From contig JAJSAM010000071.1 in the NCBI GenBank assembly GCA_024274785.1, positions 24,733 through 88,732 of the forward strand: a stretch of 64,000 nucleotides of DNA. The letters are read 5' to 3'. Below, in pieces: positions 10,086-18,817 of this stretch; position 1 is the stretch's first letter; each line of letters begins with the position of its first letter. This stretch comes from Planctomycetota bacterium (GTDB taxonomy: Bacteria > Planctomycetota > JAJSAM01). The notes beneath the pieces are model-generated. The model saw only the letters and a list, made by a program, of their open reading frames with translations. It was not told the origin of the DNA and searched no databases. A program made the translations under genes and the position numbers.

Positions 10086-10600
10086 GGGAGAGATCGTTAC
10101 CGCACGGAAAAGGCGCTACCCGGCGGTAACCGGTCCCGACGGCACGACTGCCTGAACCTCCCTGAAATGCTGACTCGCAGGTCCGGCACGCTCCTTGCCG
10201 ATACTTCCCCCGGACCCTCGGAGGGTCCACACATCTTTGGACCGTGGAGCCCCCCGGTTCCGCGGGCTTTCCGGAGGTCGGGTTCGCGCGCTGCCGGCCC
10301 CGGAAGAACGCTTGGGGGGGGCTCCGCACCGCCCTGCGGTCGCTGGGCGACCTTCGGGGCGGCACGCGGCTTCGCCGGGTGCCGTGTTCGGATCCCCCGC
10401 CGCGCTTCTCATTCGTCGAAGTGCGGCGGGGGATCCTCACCGGTGCATCTTTTCAGGGGACCGTGGTCCCCTGCGGCTCGTGCTCGCTCCGCTCCGCGCG
10501 CGCCTACCCCTACACGCTGACGCCGGATGCGGGAGGGGAGCGAAGGTGCTTCGCGGGGTGCCGGACGCCTCGAATCTCGCTTCGCTCGATTCTCGGGGGA
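10086..10600. other. Non-coding block of about 8-9 consecutive hairpins (structured RNA or REP-like cluster)
   Basis: GTTACCGC..GCGGTAAC; GGACCCTCGGAGGGTCC; GGAGCCCCCC..GGGGGGCTCC; GGTCGC-TGG-GCGACC; CGGCAC..GTGCCG; 19-bp stem at 10390-10436; CAGGGGACC-GT-GGTCCCCTG. Confidence 0.55.
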
Positions 10601-10692
10601 GGGGGCGGGGTTTGGGTTTTCGGGAGCGGGGCGGGGCCCGGCGGGCTGAAACCGGCAGGTTTTGGCCTGACTCCCTATCACACTGGCGCACA

Positions 10693-12057
10693 ATGGGGGG
10701 CGTGCGAAGAATCCTTGTGGCCATCCTCGGGTTGACCGCCATCGCTTGCGGTGCGGGTTCTGCGGGGAATCCGCGGACCGTTCTGCTGATCACCGTCGAC
10801 ACCCTGCGGGCGGACCATGTCTCGGCCTTCGGATACTCGCTTCCGACGACGCCCTGCCTCGATGCGGTGGCGCTGCGAGGGGCCCGGTTTTCCCGTTGCA
10901 TTTCTCAACACCCGGAGACCGGCCCCTCCATCACCTCCATGCATACTTCGCGATATCCGCGCGAGACCGGGGTGCGGGAGAACGGGGATCTCCTCGATGC
11001 CGAAGTTCCAACGCTGGCCGAGCGGTTTCAGGAGGCGGGGTATGCGACCGGTGGGTTCGTCTCCACGTACCTCCTGAAGCCCCGGGCCTGCGGGCTCGAC
11101 CGCGGGTTCGACCAGTACGACCACGAGATGACCTCGCCGAACTTCGGCCACGAAGACTTCGAGCGGCCCGCCTCCGAGACGGTGGACCGGGCGCTCGCCT
11201 GGTTCGAGGAGCACGAGGGGCGAAACCGCTTCCTCTTCGTCCATCTCTACGATCCACACGGGCCCTACGATCCCGGCGACGCGATCGCGGATCGCTTCCG
11301 GCGGGACTCCGGCCGTCCACCTCTTGCGCCGGAACAGATCGTCAGGTACCAGAGGCACGATGGCAGCCTCGATCCCGATGATTACTTCGCCCGGTACGAC
11401 GGTGAGATCTTTCGCGCCGATCGCGAAGTCGGCCGGCTGCTCCAGGCCCTGCCGGAAGATGCCATCGTGGCGTTCACCGCCGACCACGGGGAGGGGCTCG
11501 GGGAAAGCGACTACTGGTTCCGGCACGGCTCGCTCCTCGATGAAGCGAGCCTCCACGTGCCGCTGCTCTTTTTCGGACCCGGCGTGCGGGAAGCCCTCAC
11601 CGTCAACGAACCCGTCGCCAACCTCGACGTGGCGCCCACGTTGCTCGATCTCGCCGGACTCGCTCCGCTCCCCGGGGCACGGGGCCGGAGCCTTCGCTGC
11701 TGGATGCGATCCCGGGATCCCGAAACGGTTCCGGTCTACTCCGAAGCGAGGCGTCGCGAGACCGTCTCCGACCGCACCGGCATCGATACCAGGTACAAGG
11801 TCTCCGTCACGACGAGCCGCCACCGCGCGTTGCTCTGGCCGGAAACCGGCGAGACCATGCTCGTGGAACCTCGCGACGATCCGGACCAGGCGGCGGACCT
11901 CACCGGGAAGTACCCCCTGGTGGCCGAACGATGGACCGCCGCCCTGCGACGCTTTCTGCTCATCGGGGATCGCCTGAGCGCCGACGATCCTCCCCCTGAC
12001 GTGGACGATGCCCTGCGCGGGCTTGGCTACTTCCGAAAAGGTGGTGAACGCAGATGA
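10693..12057 (+). CDS. Sulfatase-like hydrolase/transferase, probable lipoprotein
   Basis: LITVDTLRADH, HLYDPHGPY, FTADHGE, LHVPL and DVAPTLL motifs; signal peptide ending AIAC; ETGPS at the CxPxR position. Confidence 0.85.
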   Translation: MGGVRRILVAILGLTAIACGAGSAGNPRTVLLITVDTLRADHVSAFGYSLPTTPCLDAVALRGARFSRCISQHPETGPSITSMHTSRYPRETGVRENGDLLDAEVPTLAERFQEAGYATGGFVSTYLLKPRACGLDRGFDQYDHEMTSPNFGHEDFERPASETVDRALAWFEEHEGRNRFLFVHLYDPHGPYDPGDAIADRFRRDSGRPPLAPEQIVRYQRHDGSLDPDDYFARYDGEIFRADREVGRLLQALPEDAIVAFTADHGEGLGESDYWFRHGSLLDEASLHVPLLFFGPGVREALTVNEPVANLDVAPTLLDLAGLAPLPGARGRSLRCWMRSRDPETVPVYSEARRRETVSDRTGIDTRYKVSVTTSRHRALLWPETGETMLVEPRDDPDQAADLTGKYPLVAERWTAALRRFLLIGDRLSADDPPPDVDDALRGLGYFRKGGERR

Positions 12058-13289
12058 TCAAGAGCTCCCATGCCGTCTTCGCATTCCTGGTCGCCGTTCT
12101 CGGTGTATCGTTGCTCGGAGAGACCGCGCCGGCCGCGGACGGGGACCTGACCCGAAATGCGAAGAAGCTCTACGACACCGCGCTTCGATCGGCGAAGGCC
12201 AGAGCGATCAAGGACCAGCAGAAGCGACTCCTGGTGAAGGCCTGGAAGAAGGTGGAAACCACCGATCTGGGCCGGGTGATTGCCCGATTGCGGAAGGTGG
12301 AGAAACCTCCTCGCTCCTTCCCGGTCGTCCTCGCGCTGCTGGTGGGGGAGCACCTGCAACGGCTCTTCGGTGATGAACCGATCCGTGAGATCGAGGGGCT
12401 GGTGGACCTGCTCGCCGACGACAAGCCGGAGGTTCGGGAGACGCTCCTCGTCGAGAGCATGGGGCTTGCGGACCTGCGTTTCGCGCGACACCTTGCGGGG
12501 AAGGAGGCCCGGGCGAAAGAGCCGGCACTCCGGCGCCGGGCCGCTCTCTGCCTCGGCGACCTGGTGAACTACGGCGCGGATGACGGCAACGAAAGCGGCT
12601 CGCTCGTGGCGCTGCTCGACGACCCGGATGCCGGGGTGCGCGCCGTGGCCGCGCGTCGCGCCTTCGAGGCGCGCCTCGATGCGGTCTTCGACTGGGCCCT
12701 CCTGAATCTGGGCGACAGGGACAAAGCGACCATTCAACTCCGGGGTGAGGAGGTGACGGTCATTCCGGGAGAGGAAGCGCTCCGAGGCCTGGCCACCCTG
12801 ACGCGGATACAGGACGATCTCCTCTACCGCCAGTACCTGAAGATGACGATGCAGCAAAAGTCCACCGCCCTCGAACTCTACCGGGCCTGGTGGCGCAAGC
12901 ACGGCGAGACCTTTCCTCCACCCGGCTTCCGGGAGGCCGATTTCCGCCGCCGCCCGAGCAGGAAAAAGACCATCGTCATCGAGGCCGACGGAGAGGCCGG
13001 CGCATTTCAGTTCTGGTCCTCGCTCGACCGGACGAAGATCAGGATCGTGGCGGACGAATTGGAGCTCCGCGCCCGAAGCATGCTCGACTTCGAGGTGAAC
13101 TTTCACGTCCGCTACATGGCGCAGGGTATGCGATCCGACGACGGCGAAGGTTACCGTCGCAATCTTGCGGTGGGTGAGAGGTACATTCTGGCTCGCAAGG
13201 CAATAGGTTGCTACGTTCTCGTCTTCCAGCGGATGACCGGTGACAGACTGGCCGTGCATCTGCGGTTTCACGACCTGAAGAGCCTGTAG
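12054..13289 (+). CDS. Secreted HEAT-repeat protein
   Basis: Signal peptide; LLADDKPEVR and LLDDPDAGVRAVAA HEAT repeats; YRAWWRKHG cap. Confidence 0.7.
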   Translation: MIKSSHAVFAFLVAVLGVSLLGETAPAADGDLTRNAKKLYDTALRSAKARAIKDQQKRLLVKAWKKVETTDLGRVIARLRKVEKPPRSFPVVLALLVGEHLQRLFGDEPIREIEGLVDLLADDKPEVRETLLVESMGLADLRFARHLAGKEARAKEPALRRRAALCLGDLVNYGADDGNESGSLVALLDDPDAGVRAVAARRAFEARLDAVFDWALLNLGDRDKATIQLRGEEVTVIPGEEALRGLATLTRIQDDLLYRQYLKMTMQQKSTALELYRAWWRKHGETFPPPGFREADFRRRPSRKKTIVIEADGEAGAFQFWSSLDRTKIRIVADELELRARSMLDFEVNFHVRYMAQGMRSDDGEGYRRNLAVGERYILARKAIGCYVLVFQRMTGDRLAVHLRFHDLKSL

Positions 13290-13312
13290 GCGGCAAGAAG
13301 CGGGGGGACATC

Positions 13313-14632
13313 ATGGGCAAGCTCATCAAGTGGCTGATCGTCATCATCATCCTGGTGGGGGTGGGCGTCTGGTTCGGCGTGCCGGCGCTCCTCGGCACCG
13401 GGTTCGCGCAGGAGAAGATCCGGAAGGCGATGGCCGATGGCACCGGAAGAGAGGTCGAACTCGGTGACATCTCCTTCGGTTGGACCAGCGGACTCACCGT
13501 CAGCGACGTCGTCGTCAAACAGAAGGCCGGAGACTTCGCCGAGGAGGGGCCTCTCTTCAAGCTGAAGGGGCTGAGCCTGGACCTCGGGTGGAAGCAGATC
13601 CTCGACCAGAAGATCGAGGTGAGCGATCTCACCATCGACGGTCCCTCGATCGTGATCGTCCGGGATCGAAATGGGAACTTCAACTTCGACGACCTCATCG
13701 AGAAGACCGCCGACGAGTCGGCGCCGGAGCCGTCACCGGGAAAGAAGGCACCCCCGGTCACCGTGAACCTCTTCATCAACGCCGGCCGCGTGCTCTTCAT
13801 CGATCAGAAGGCCGGCACCCGCATCGAAATGAAGGACATCGATGCCAAAGCCCAGTGGATGGAGGGACGCCTCGTCATCGACTCCGAGTTCGACCTGAAC
13901 GGGGGAGGCGTGAGACTCGTCGCCAACGCGGATCTGTCGAAGCAGCCGTCGCCTTTCGAGGTGAAGGAATTCGTGATCGACGGCTCGACGTTCAGTGCCA
14001 ACGGCGTTCACCTCGCCTCGTTCATTCCGCTGATGGGGGACAAGCCGCAGAATGCGTCCGGGACCCTGGGATTCCGGATCGAGGGATTGAAAGCGGACGG
14101 GCTCGACATGGAATCCCTCAAGCGCTCGCTCACCGGGTCAGGGGATCTCTCGCTCGCGGCGGGGACGATGGCCAGCGGTCCGGTCACCCAGATCTACGCC
14201 GCGCTGCGCGCCATCGGCGCACGGGACCTCGGTGCCCTGGCCGCGGGTGGCGAAGGGGGAGAGGCGCTCTCGTTCGATCTCCTGCAGTCCACGTTTTCCA
14301 TTCACGACGGCCGCATCTTCACCGACGACCTCTCCTTGAAGGGGGCGGGACTGAACCTCGAGATCGCCGGTTCCACGGGACTGGATGGCACGGTGGACTA
14401 CACGATGATCGCGGCGGGACTGGATGAACTCATCGCCAGGAACAAGAACCTCGAGAAGGTCCTCGGTGACTCCGGTACGATCCCGTTCGGCTTCAAGGGA
14501 TCACTCAGCTCGCCGAAAATCACGGTGGACGCGGAAGGGGCACTGAAGAACGCCGCGGAGCGTCTCATCGACGATCAACTCGGGGACAAGGTGCCCGGCG
14601 GACTGAGGGGCCTGCTTCCCGGCGGAAAGTAG
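13313..14632 (+). CDS. AsmA family protein
   Basis: N-terminal TM helix, TGREVELGDI, RDRNGNFNFDDL and C-terminal beta-rich GSTGLDGTVDY...GSLSSP. Confidence 0.75.
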   Translation: MGKLIKWLIVIIILVGVGVWFGVPALLGTGFAQEKIRKAMADGTGREVELGDISFGWTSGLTVSDVVVKQKAGDFAEEGPLFKLKGLSLDLGWKQILDQKIEVSDLTIDGPSIVIVRDRNGNFNFDDLIEKTADESAPEPSPGKKAPPVTVNLFINAGRVLFIDQKAGTRIEMKDIDAKAQWMEGRLVIDSEFDLNGGGVRLVANADLSKQPSPFEVKEFVIDGSTFSANGVHLASFIPLMGDKPQNASGTLGFRIEGLKADGLDMESLKRSLTGSGDLSLAAGTMASGPVTQIYAALRAIGARDLGALAAGGEGGEALSFDLLQSTFSIHDGRIFTDDLSLKGAGLNLEIAGSTGLDGTVDYTMIAAGLDELIARNKNLEKVLGDSGTIPFGFKGSLSSPKITVDAEGALKNAAERLIDDQLGDKVPGGLRGLLPGGK

Positions 14633-14642
14633 AGGGGACATC

Positions 14643-15377
14643 TTGAGCGAGTTGCTCTACACCGAACTCTCGGACTGGTGGCCGGTCATGAGCGATCCCG
14701 CCCACTACGACGAGGAGGCGGATATCTTTCGCGACGCCATCGAGCAGACCACCACCATCCCGGTGCGGGAGGTCCTCGAACTCGGTTGCGGCGGAGGCAA
14801 CAACGCCAGCCACCTGAAAGACCATTGGAAGCTGACTCTCGTGGACCTCTCCCCGGGAATGCTCGAGGTCAGCGCCGAGTTGAATCCCGAGTGTGAACAT
14901 GTGGAGGGGGACATGCGCACCTTGAGGATGGGCCGGCAGTTCGATGCCGTGTTTGTTCACGATGCGATCGTCTACATGACCACCGAAGCGGACCTGCTCG
15001 CGGCGATGACCACCGCGTTTCAGCACACCCGGCCCGGAGGCGTGGCCCTCTTCGTTCCCGACTACACGGTCGAGAGCTTCGCACCCTTCACGAGCAACGG
15101 CGGACACGATCGAGGGAATCGCTCGATGCGATACCTGGAGTGGGCCTACGATCCGGACCCCTCCGACCACACCTACACCATGTCGTTCTCCTACATGCTC
15201 CGTGAGCCCGGGAAACCGCTTCGTTGCGAGTTCGAAGAGCACGTGATGGGGCTCTTTCCCCGGAAGAACTGGCTCGATCTCATCGCCCGCGCCGGATTCG
15301 AAGCCACCACCCTGCCCTACGACCACAGCAGTTTCGGGCCCAGCCTGAACTCCGAGCTGTTTCTCGGCGTGCGGTAG
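14643..15377 (+). CDS. Class I SAM-dependent methyltransferase
   Basis: VLELGCGGG, VDLSPGML, GDMR and FDAVFVHDAI motifs. Confidence 0.88.
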   Translation: MSELLYTELSDWWPVMSDPAHYDEEADIFRDAIEQTTTIPVREVLELGCGGGNNASHLKDHWKLTLVDLSPGMLEVSAELNPECEHVEGDMRTLRMGRQFDAVFVHDAIVYMTTEADLLAAMTTAFQHTRPGGVALFVPDYTVESFAPFTSNGGHDRGNRSMRYLEWAYDPDPSDHTYTMSFSYMLREPGKPLRCEFEEHVMGLFPRKNWLDLIARAGFEATTLPYDHSSFGPSLNSELFLGVR

Positions 15378-15473
15378 CGCGGAAGAGGTGCGGAATCAAG
15401 CACGCCGATCCAGGGATCGGCGCGCTTTCGTTCGGGAATTCAACAAGCCCCAACCAATCAGAAGCCCCAATAA

Positions 15474-15950
15474 CTAGAAGCCCAGCACGTCATCCAGCGC
15501 AGTCTGCGCGGAAGAGGAGAAGTCTTCGCTGATCTCCTCGTCCGCTTCACGTGGCTTATCCGAGTTCTTCGCCTCCGTGAATACTTCTTCCAGCCTTCTG
15601 GCGGTTTCGCTCGCATAGAGGCGGACCATTCCGATCGTCGTCGCCTCATCGAAGATCACCGTCAACAACGTGCGGTCTCCGATCAGAGAGAGCTGAATGT
15701 TGTCGCGGAGCCCCTGGTGGAACATGACCGAGAACTCTTCCTCACCAAGAACCCGGGCCATTTCCTTCGTGGCGGCGAACGAGCCCGCCACCAACGCGGA
15801 GATGGTGTCCGAGTCGAACGATTGCGTGCTTCCGCGCTTGGTGATCATGTGACCGCCCTTGTCCACGAGAAGCGCAGCACGGGCATTCGAGAGCCTGAGG
15901 AACTCCGACAGGATGTTGTCGATGACCGCCATGTCGTCCCGGTAGAACAC
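15474..15950 (-). CDS. mglB: MglB-type roadblock/LC7 protein (GAP for MglA); true start uncertain
   Basis: LLVDKGG, DTISALVAGSFAATKEMARVLGEEEF, FHQG and VIFDEATTIGMVRL parallel myxobacterial MglB; adjacent to mglA. Confidence 0.85.
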   Translation of the reverse strand: MFYRDDMAVIDNILSEFLRLSNARAALLVDKGGHMITKRGSTQSFDSDTISALVAGSFAATKEMARVLGEEEFSVMFHQGLRDNIQLSLIGDRTLLTVIFDEATTIGMVRLYASETARRLEEVFTEAKNSDKPREADEEISEDFSSSAQTALDDVLGF

Positions 15951-16025
15951 CAGGCGATTCTCACGGATAGAGGCATCGTCGCGCAGGAGGGGCTTTTCAT
16001 CAGCCTGGTTGTTTTGGCGTTCATT

Positions 16026-17192
16026 TCAGAGCACCCCGAACGAATTGAGGATGAGGCCGAGGGCGCCGAAGACGACGATGCCCAAGGCGACCAGTGTGAG
16101 TATCTTGCCCCGGTTGTTACCGATGGACGCATTCTGGAGCAGCACTTTGCCGGTGCGCTTCGCAGGTGCGCTGATCCTCGGCACCTGGTGCTTCTTCCCG
16201 GCGTTCTTCTTCTTCTTCTTCTTCTTCTTTTGCTGCGGTGATGCGTACTTCCTTCTTGCGGGCACCTGGGCAACCGATGGGCCCGCATCGGGAACCTGCC
16301 CGGCAGCTCTTGCCGGAGGGGCATCCGATGGGGGGGCACACTCGCCTCGTGAGGGCACGGCGGCCCGGGATGGGGCACCTTGGTTCGGCATCCCGCCCTG
16401 CTGCTGCGGCGGCGATGCGGGCGGAGGCCCAGCAGGAGCCACCCGGGGAGCCGGAGCCACCTGGGCGGCCGGTGCCACCTGGGGAGCCGGTGCCACCTGG
16501 GGAGCCGGTGCCACCTGGGGAGCCGGTGCCACCTGGGGAGCCGGTGCCACCGAAGCGGCTGCAACTGGTGCCTCTGCCTTGGCTACCGGCCTGGCACTCG
16601 TCGCGGTCCGCTGCTTGCTCAGGTTCTCGAGCACCAGCGAGGACAGCGCCTTCAATGTGGGGAAGACCCCCTCCCCGGTATTGGCAACCGCCTCGAAGGT
16701 CGGCAGGCCGCGGGGATTGAGTTTCCGGTTCAGGGTTTCAATGTCGAGGGCTCCCGGGAGATCGCGCTTGTTGAACTGGATCAGCATGGGGAGCTGTTCG
16801 AGCACCTTTCCGGCCTCGAGCAGGTTGTTTCGCAGGTTCTCCAGGGACTCCAGGTTCTCCTCGAGCTTGTCGGCCTGGGAGTCCGCCACAAAGATGATCC
16901 CGTCGACTCCCTGCAACACGAGCTTGCGGGTCGAGTTGTAGTAGACCTGGCCCGGCACGGTGTACAGCTGGAACTTCGTCCTCATCCCCGCGATGTTTCC
17001 CAGATCGAGGGGCATGTAGTCGAAGAACAACGTCCGATCACCCTCCGTCGCGATCGACGTCAGCTCACCCTTGTTGGACTCCGGAGCTTTGAGATGCACC
17101 ACCTCGATGTTCGTGGTCTTGCCGCTCAAGCCAGGACCGTAGTAGACGATCTTGCAGTTCACTTCACGGAGGGCGAAGTTGATCTGAACCAT
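16026..17192 (-). CDS. mglA: MglA small GTPase with Pro/Ala repeat linker, poly-Lys tract and C-terminal TM helix
   Basis: KIVYYGPGLSGKTTN (G1), EGDRTLFFD, YTVPGQ (G3), NKRD (G4); extension of about 190 aa. Confidence 0.92.
   Translation of the reverse strand: MVQINFALREVNCKIVYYGPGLSGKTTNIEVVHLKAPESNKGELTSIATEGDRTLFFDYMPLDLGNIAGMRTKFQLYTVPGQVYYNSTRKLVLQGVDGIIFVADSQADKLEENLESLENLRNNLLEAGKVLEQLPMLIQFNKRDLPGALDIETLNRKLNPRGLPTFEAVANTGEGVFPTLKALSSLVLENLSKQRTATSARPVAKAEAPVAAASVAPAPQVAPAPQVAPAPQVAPAPQVAPAAQVAPAPRVAPAGPPPASPPQQQGGMPNQGAPSRAAVPSRGECAPPSDAPPARAAGQVPDAGPSVAQVPARRKYASPQQKKKKKKKKNAGKKHQVPRISAPAKRTGKVLLQNASIGNNRGKILTLVALGIVVFGALGLILNSFGVL
16204..16230. repeat. (TTC)n trinucleotide repeat encoding K8 on the minus strand
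   Basis: ttcttcttcttcttcttcttcttcttt read directly. Confidence 0.85.
16435..16550. repeat. 18-bp tandem repeat (about 6 units) encoding VAPAPQ
   Basis: GGAGCCGGTGCCACCTGG-type units at 16447, 16465, 16483, 16501, 16519 and 16537 (first two variant, last partial). Confidence 0.92.
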
Positions 17193-17218
17193 GCCTCAGC
17201 CCTTTCCATCCAATGACT

Positions 17219-17575
17219 TCATGCGATGTGTATCTCCCCGAGAGCGCCGATCCGGCGCGCCGTACTGCGAATCTCGAGTTCTGCCTGTCCGAGATCGATG
17301 CCTCGGTCCATCACAACCACGAGGTATGCTTCCCCGGTGGCTTCGAAAACCATCTCGCCGTCGGATGACGTGAGGCTCAGCCGTGAAAAGGGGCCGAGTC
17401 CCCGGTCAGCGAGGGCGCGGCCGGTGCGCAACACCACGTTCGAGGCCATGGCCGCAACCCGGTCCTGATCGAGGCTTCCGCTCAGCCGGGAAGAGATGAC
17501 CATGCCGTCCCGACTCACCACCAGCGAACCGCTGATGCCGATGAGCTCGTTCAGGTCTTCGAGTACGCTTTGCAT
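17219..17575 (-). CDS. Roadblock/LC7 domain protein
   Basis: MQSVLEDLNELIGISGSLVVSRDGMVI..DRVAAMAS..YLVVV roadblock pattern. Confidence 0.82.
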   Translation of the reverse strand: MQSVLEDLNELIGISGSLVVSRDGMVISSRLSGSLDQDRVAAMASNVVLRTGRALADRGLGPFSRLSLTSSDGEMVFEATGEAYLVVVMDRGIDLGQAELEIRSTARRIGALGEIHIA

Positions 17576-17577
17576 GC

Positions 17578-18735
17578 CTATCCCTCCCCCTCCGCAGAGA
17601 GACTTCGGGCGGCAAACTCGCCGACCAATCGTCGCGCGGGACCGACCTTGAGGGGACGACCGAAGCTTGCGGCCAGTGCCACCCCCTTCAGTTGGTTGAC
17701 TGTTATTCCCCCGAAATCGCCCTCGATCGTGCACCAATCGAGGGCGCCGAATTCCATCTTCCGCGTTGCGTCTGAGGCGGTGTCCAGTATCTCGGCGGCC
17801 AGGGCAGCGAACTCTTCACAGGAGAGCTGGCTCGTGCCGCCGGCCATGTTCACCGGCCGTCCGTCGGGCCCGAGTGCCATGACGTTCGTGATTCCCTGGT
17901 GGCTCGCCAACTCGATCACGGTGTCGGAAATGCGCGCCTTGTCGATATGCGCTTCCGTGCAGATGCAACTGCTGGGATCGGTGAGTGCGCTCAGTGGGAA
18001 TCTGCCGGGGTGATGGACGAACCTCCTGTTCGCCTCGGCCGCTCGGCAACGCTCAGCAGTGGATGGCCCCGGTGTCGATGAGGGATCCTCTTCCGCGGGA
18101 ACCTCCATCGCCGTGCGGAAGATCATCAGGTCCTCGTAATCAGGTGAGAGCCTGCGGATCTCAGCCAGCTCGGCGTCGAAGTGATCCAGTGCGCCGATGG
18201 CGTAGTAGAGCTGGGCCAGGATCAGGCGCGCTTTCAGGTTCTGTGCGTTGAGCCGGAGCGCTCTTCGGAGCAGTGCTTCGCCCTCGATGCCGTCGTTGGC
18301 GAGGATATGCTGGAAGAACTTCTCTGCGTGTACCTCGCCGGCCACGAGGTAGGGCTTCTCATTCAGCGGATAGCGGCTGGCACATTCATCACAGATCGCG
18401 AGGGTCCGCTCGTGATCTCCGAGTTCAAGATAGCAATGGGCCAGGCTGTTGAAAACCGCCGGGGCGGGGTGCGTGGCCGCCTGTTTCTTCAGGCGGGAGA
18501 TCTCGCCCTTCAGCCCGTCCTTGCGGAGGTATGTGCTGATGGATGCCAACCGTTCCGAACTCGGGAACAAGGCGAGTCCGCGCTTGGCGATCCTGCTGGC
18601 GTCGCGAATCTTGCCGAGCGATATGTACCGCTCCGCAAGGTCGGCGAAGGCCGCCGGCGTGGGGGCGCGTTTGACCGCTCCCCTCAAACGATGCAGGTCG
18701 CTCATCTTTCTCAGCTTTTCAAGTACACTCGTCAC
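17578..18735 (-). CDS. TPR repeats plus C-terminal roadblock/LC7 domain protein
   Basis: TPR-like helices (AFADLAERY, FNSLAHCYLELG, ARLILAQLY); C-terminal GITNVMALGPDG..FAALA..MEFGAL..CTIEG. Confidence 0.72.
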   Translation of the reverse strand: MTSVLEKLRKMSDLHRLRGAVKRAPTPAAFADLAERYISLGKIRDASRIAKRGLALFPSSERLASISTYLRKDGLKGEISRLKKQAATHPAPAVFNSLAHCYLELGDHERTLAICDECASRYPLNEKPYLVAGEVHAEKFFQHILANDGIEGEALLRRALRLNAQNLKARLILAQLYYAIGALDHFDAELAEIRRLSPDYEDLMIFRTAMEVPAEEDPSSTPGPSTAERCRAAEANRRFVHHPGRFPLSALTDPSSCICTEAHIDKARISDTVIELASHQGITNVMALGPDGRPVNMAGGTSQLSCEEFAALAAEILDTASDATRKMEFGALDWCTIEGDFGGITVNQLKGVALAASFGRPLKVGPARRLVGEFAARSLSAEGEG

Positions 18736-18817
18736 GAGTTCGTTCCGTTCCTGTGTTGTCCGATGGTTCCCTATCGACCATTCGGTGCATCGGGATAAAG
18801 CTGTTCCCGTGCGCCAC

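Noticed and set aside
16026-16028. Selenocysteine recoding of the mglA TGA
   Set aside because: No SECIS-like hairpin is evident downstream and the position is not a catalytic Cys site.
16435-16550. Regular repeats as a possible CRISPR array
   Set aside because: The 18-bp units are head-to-tail with no spacers, in frame within mglA, and there are no cas genes.
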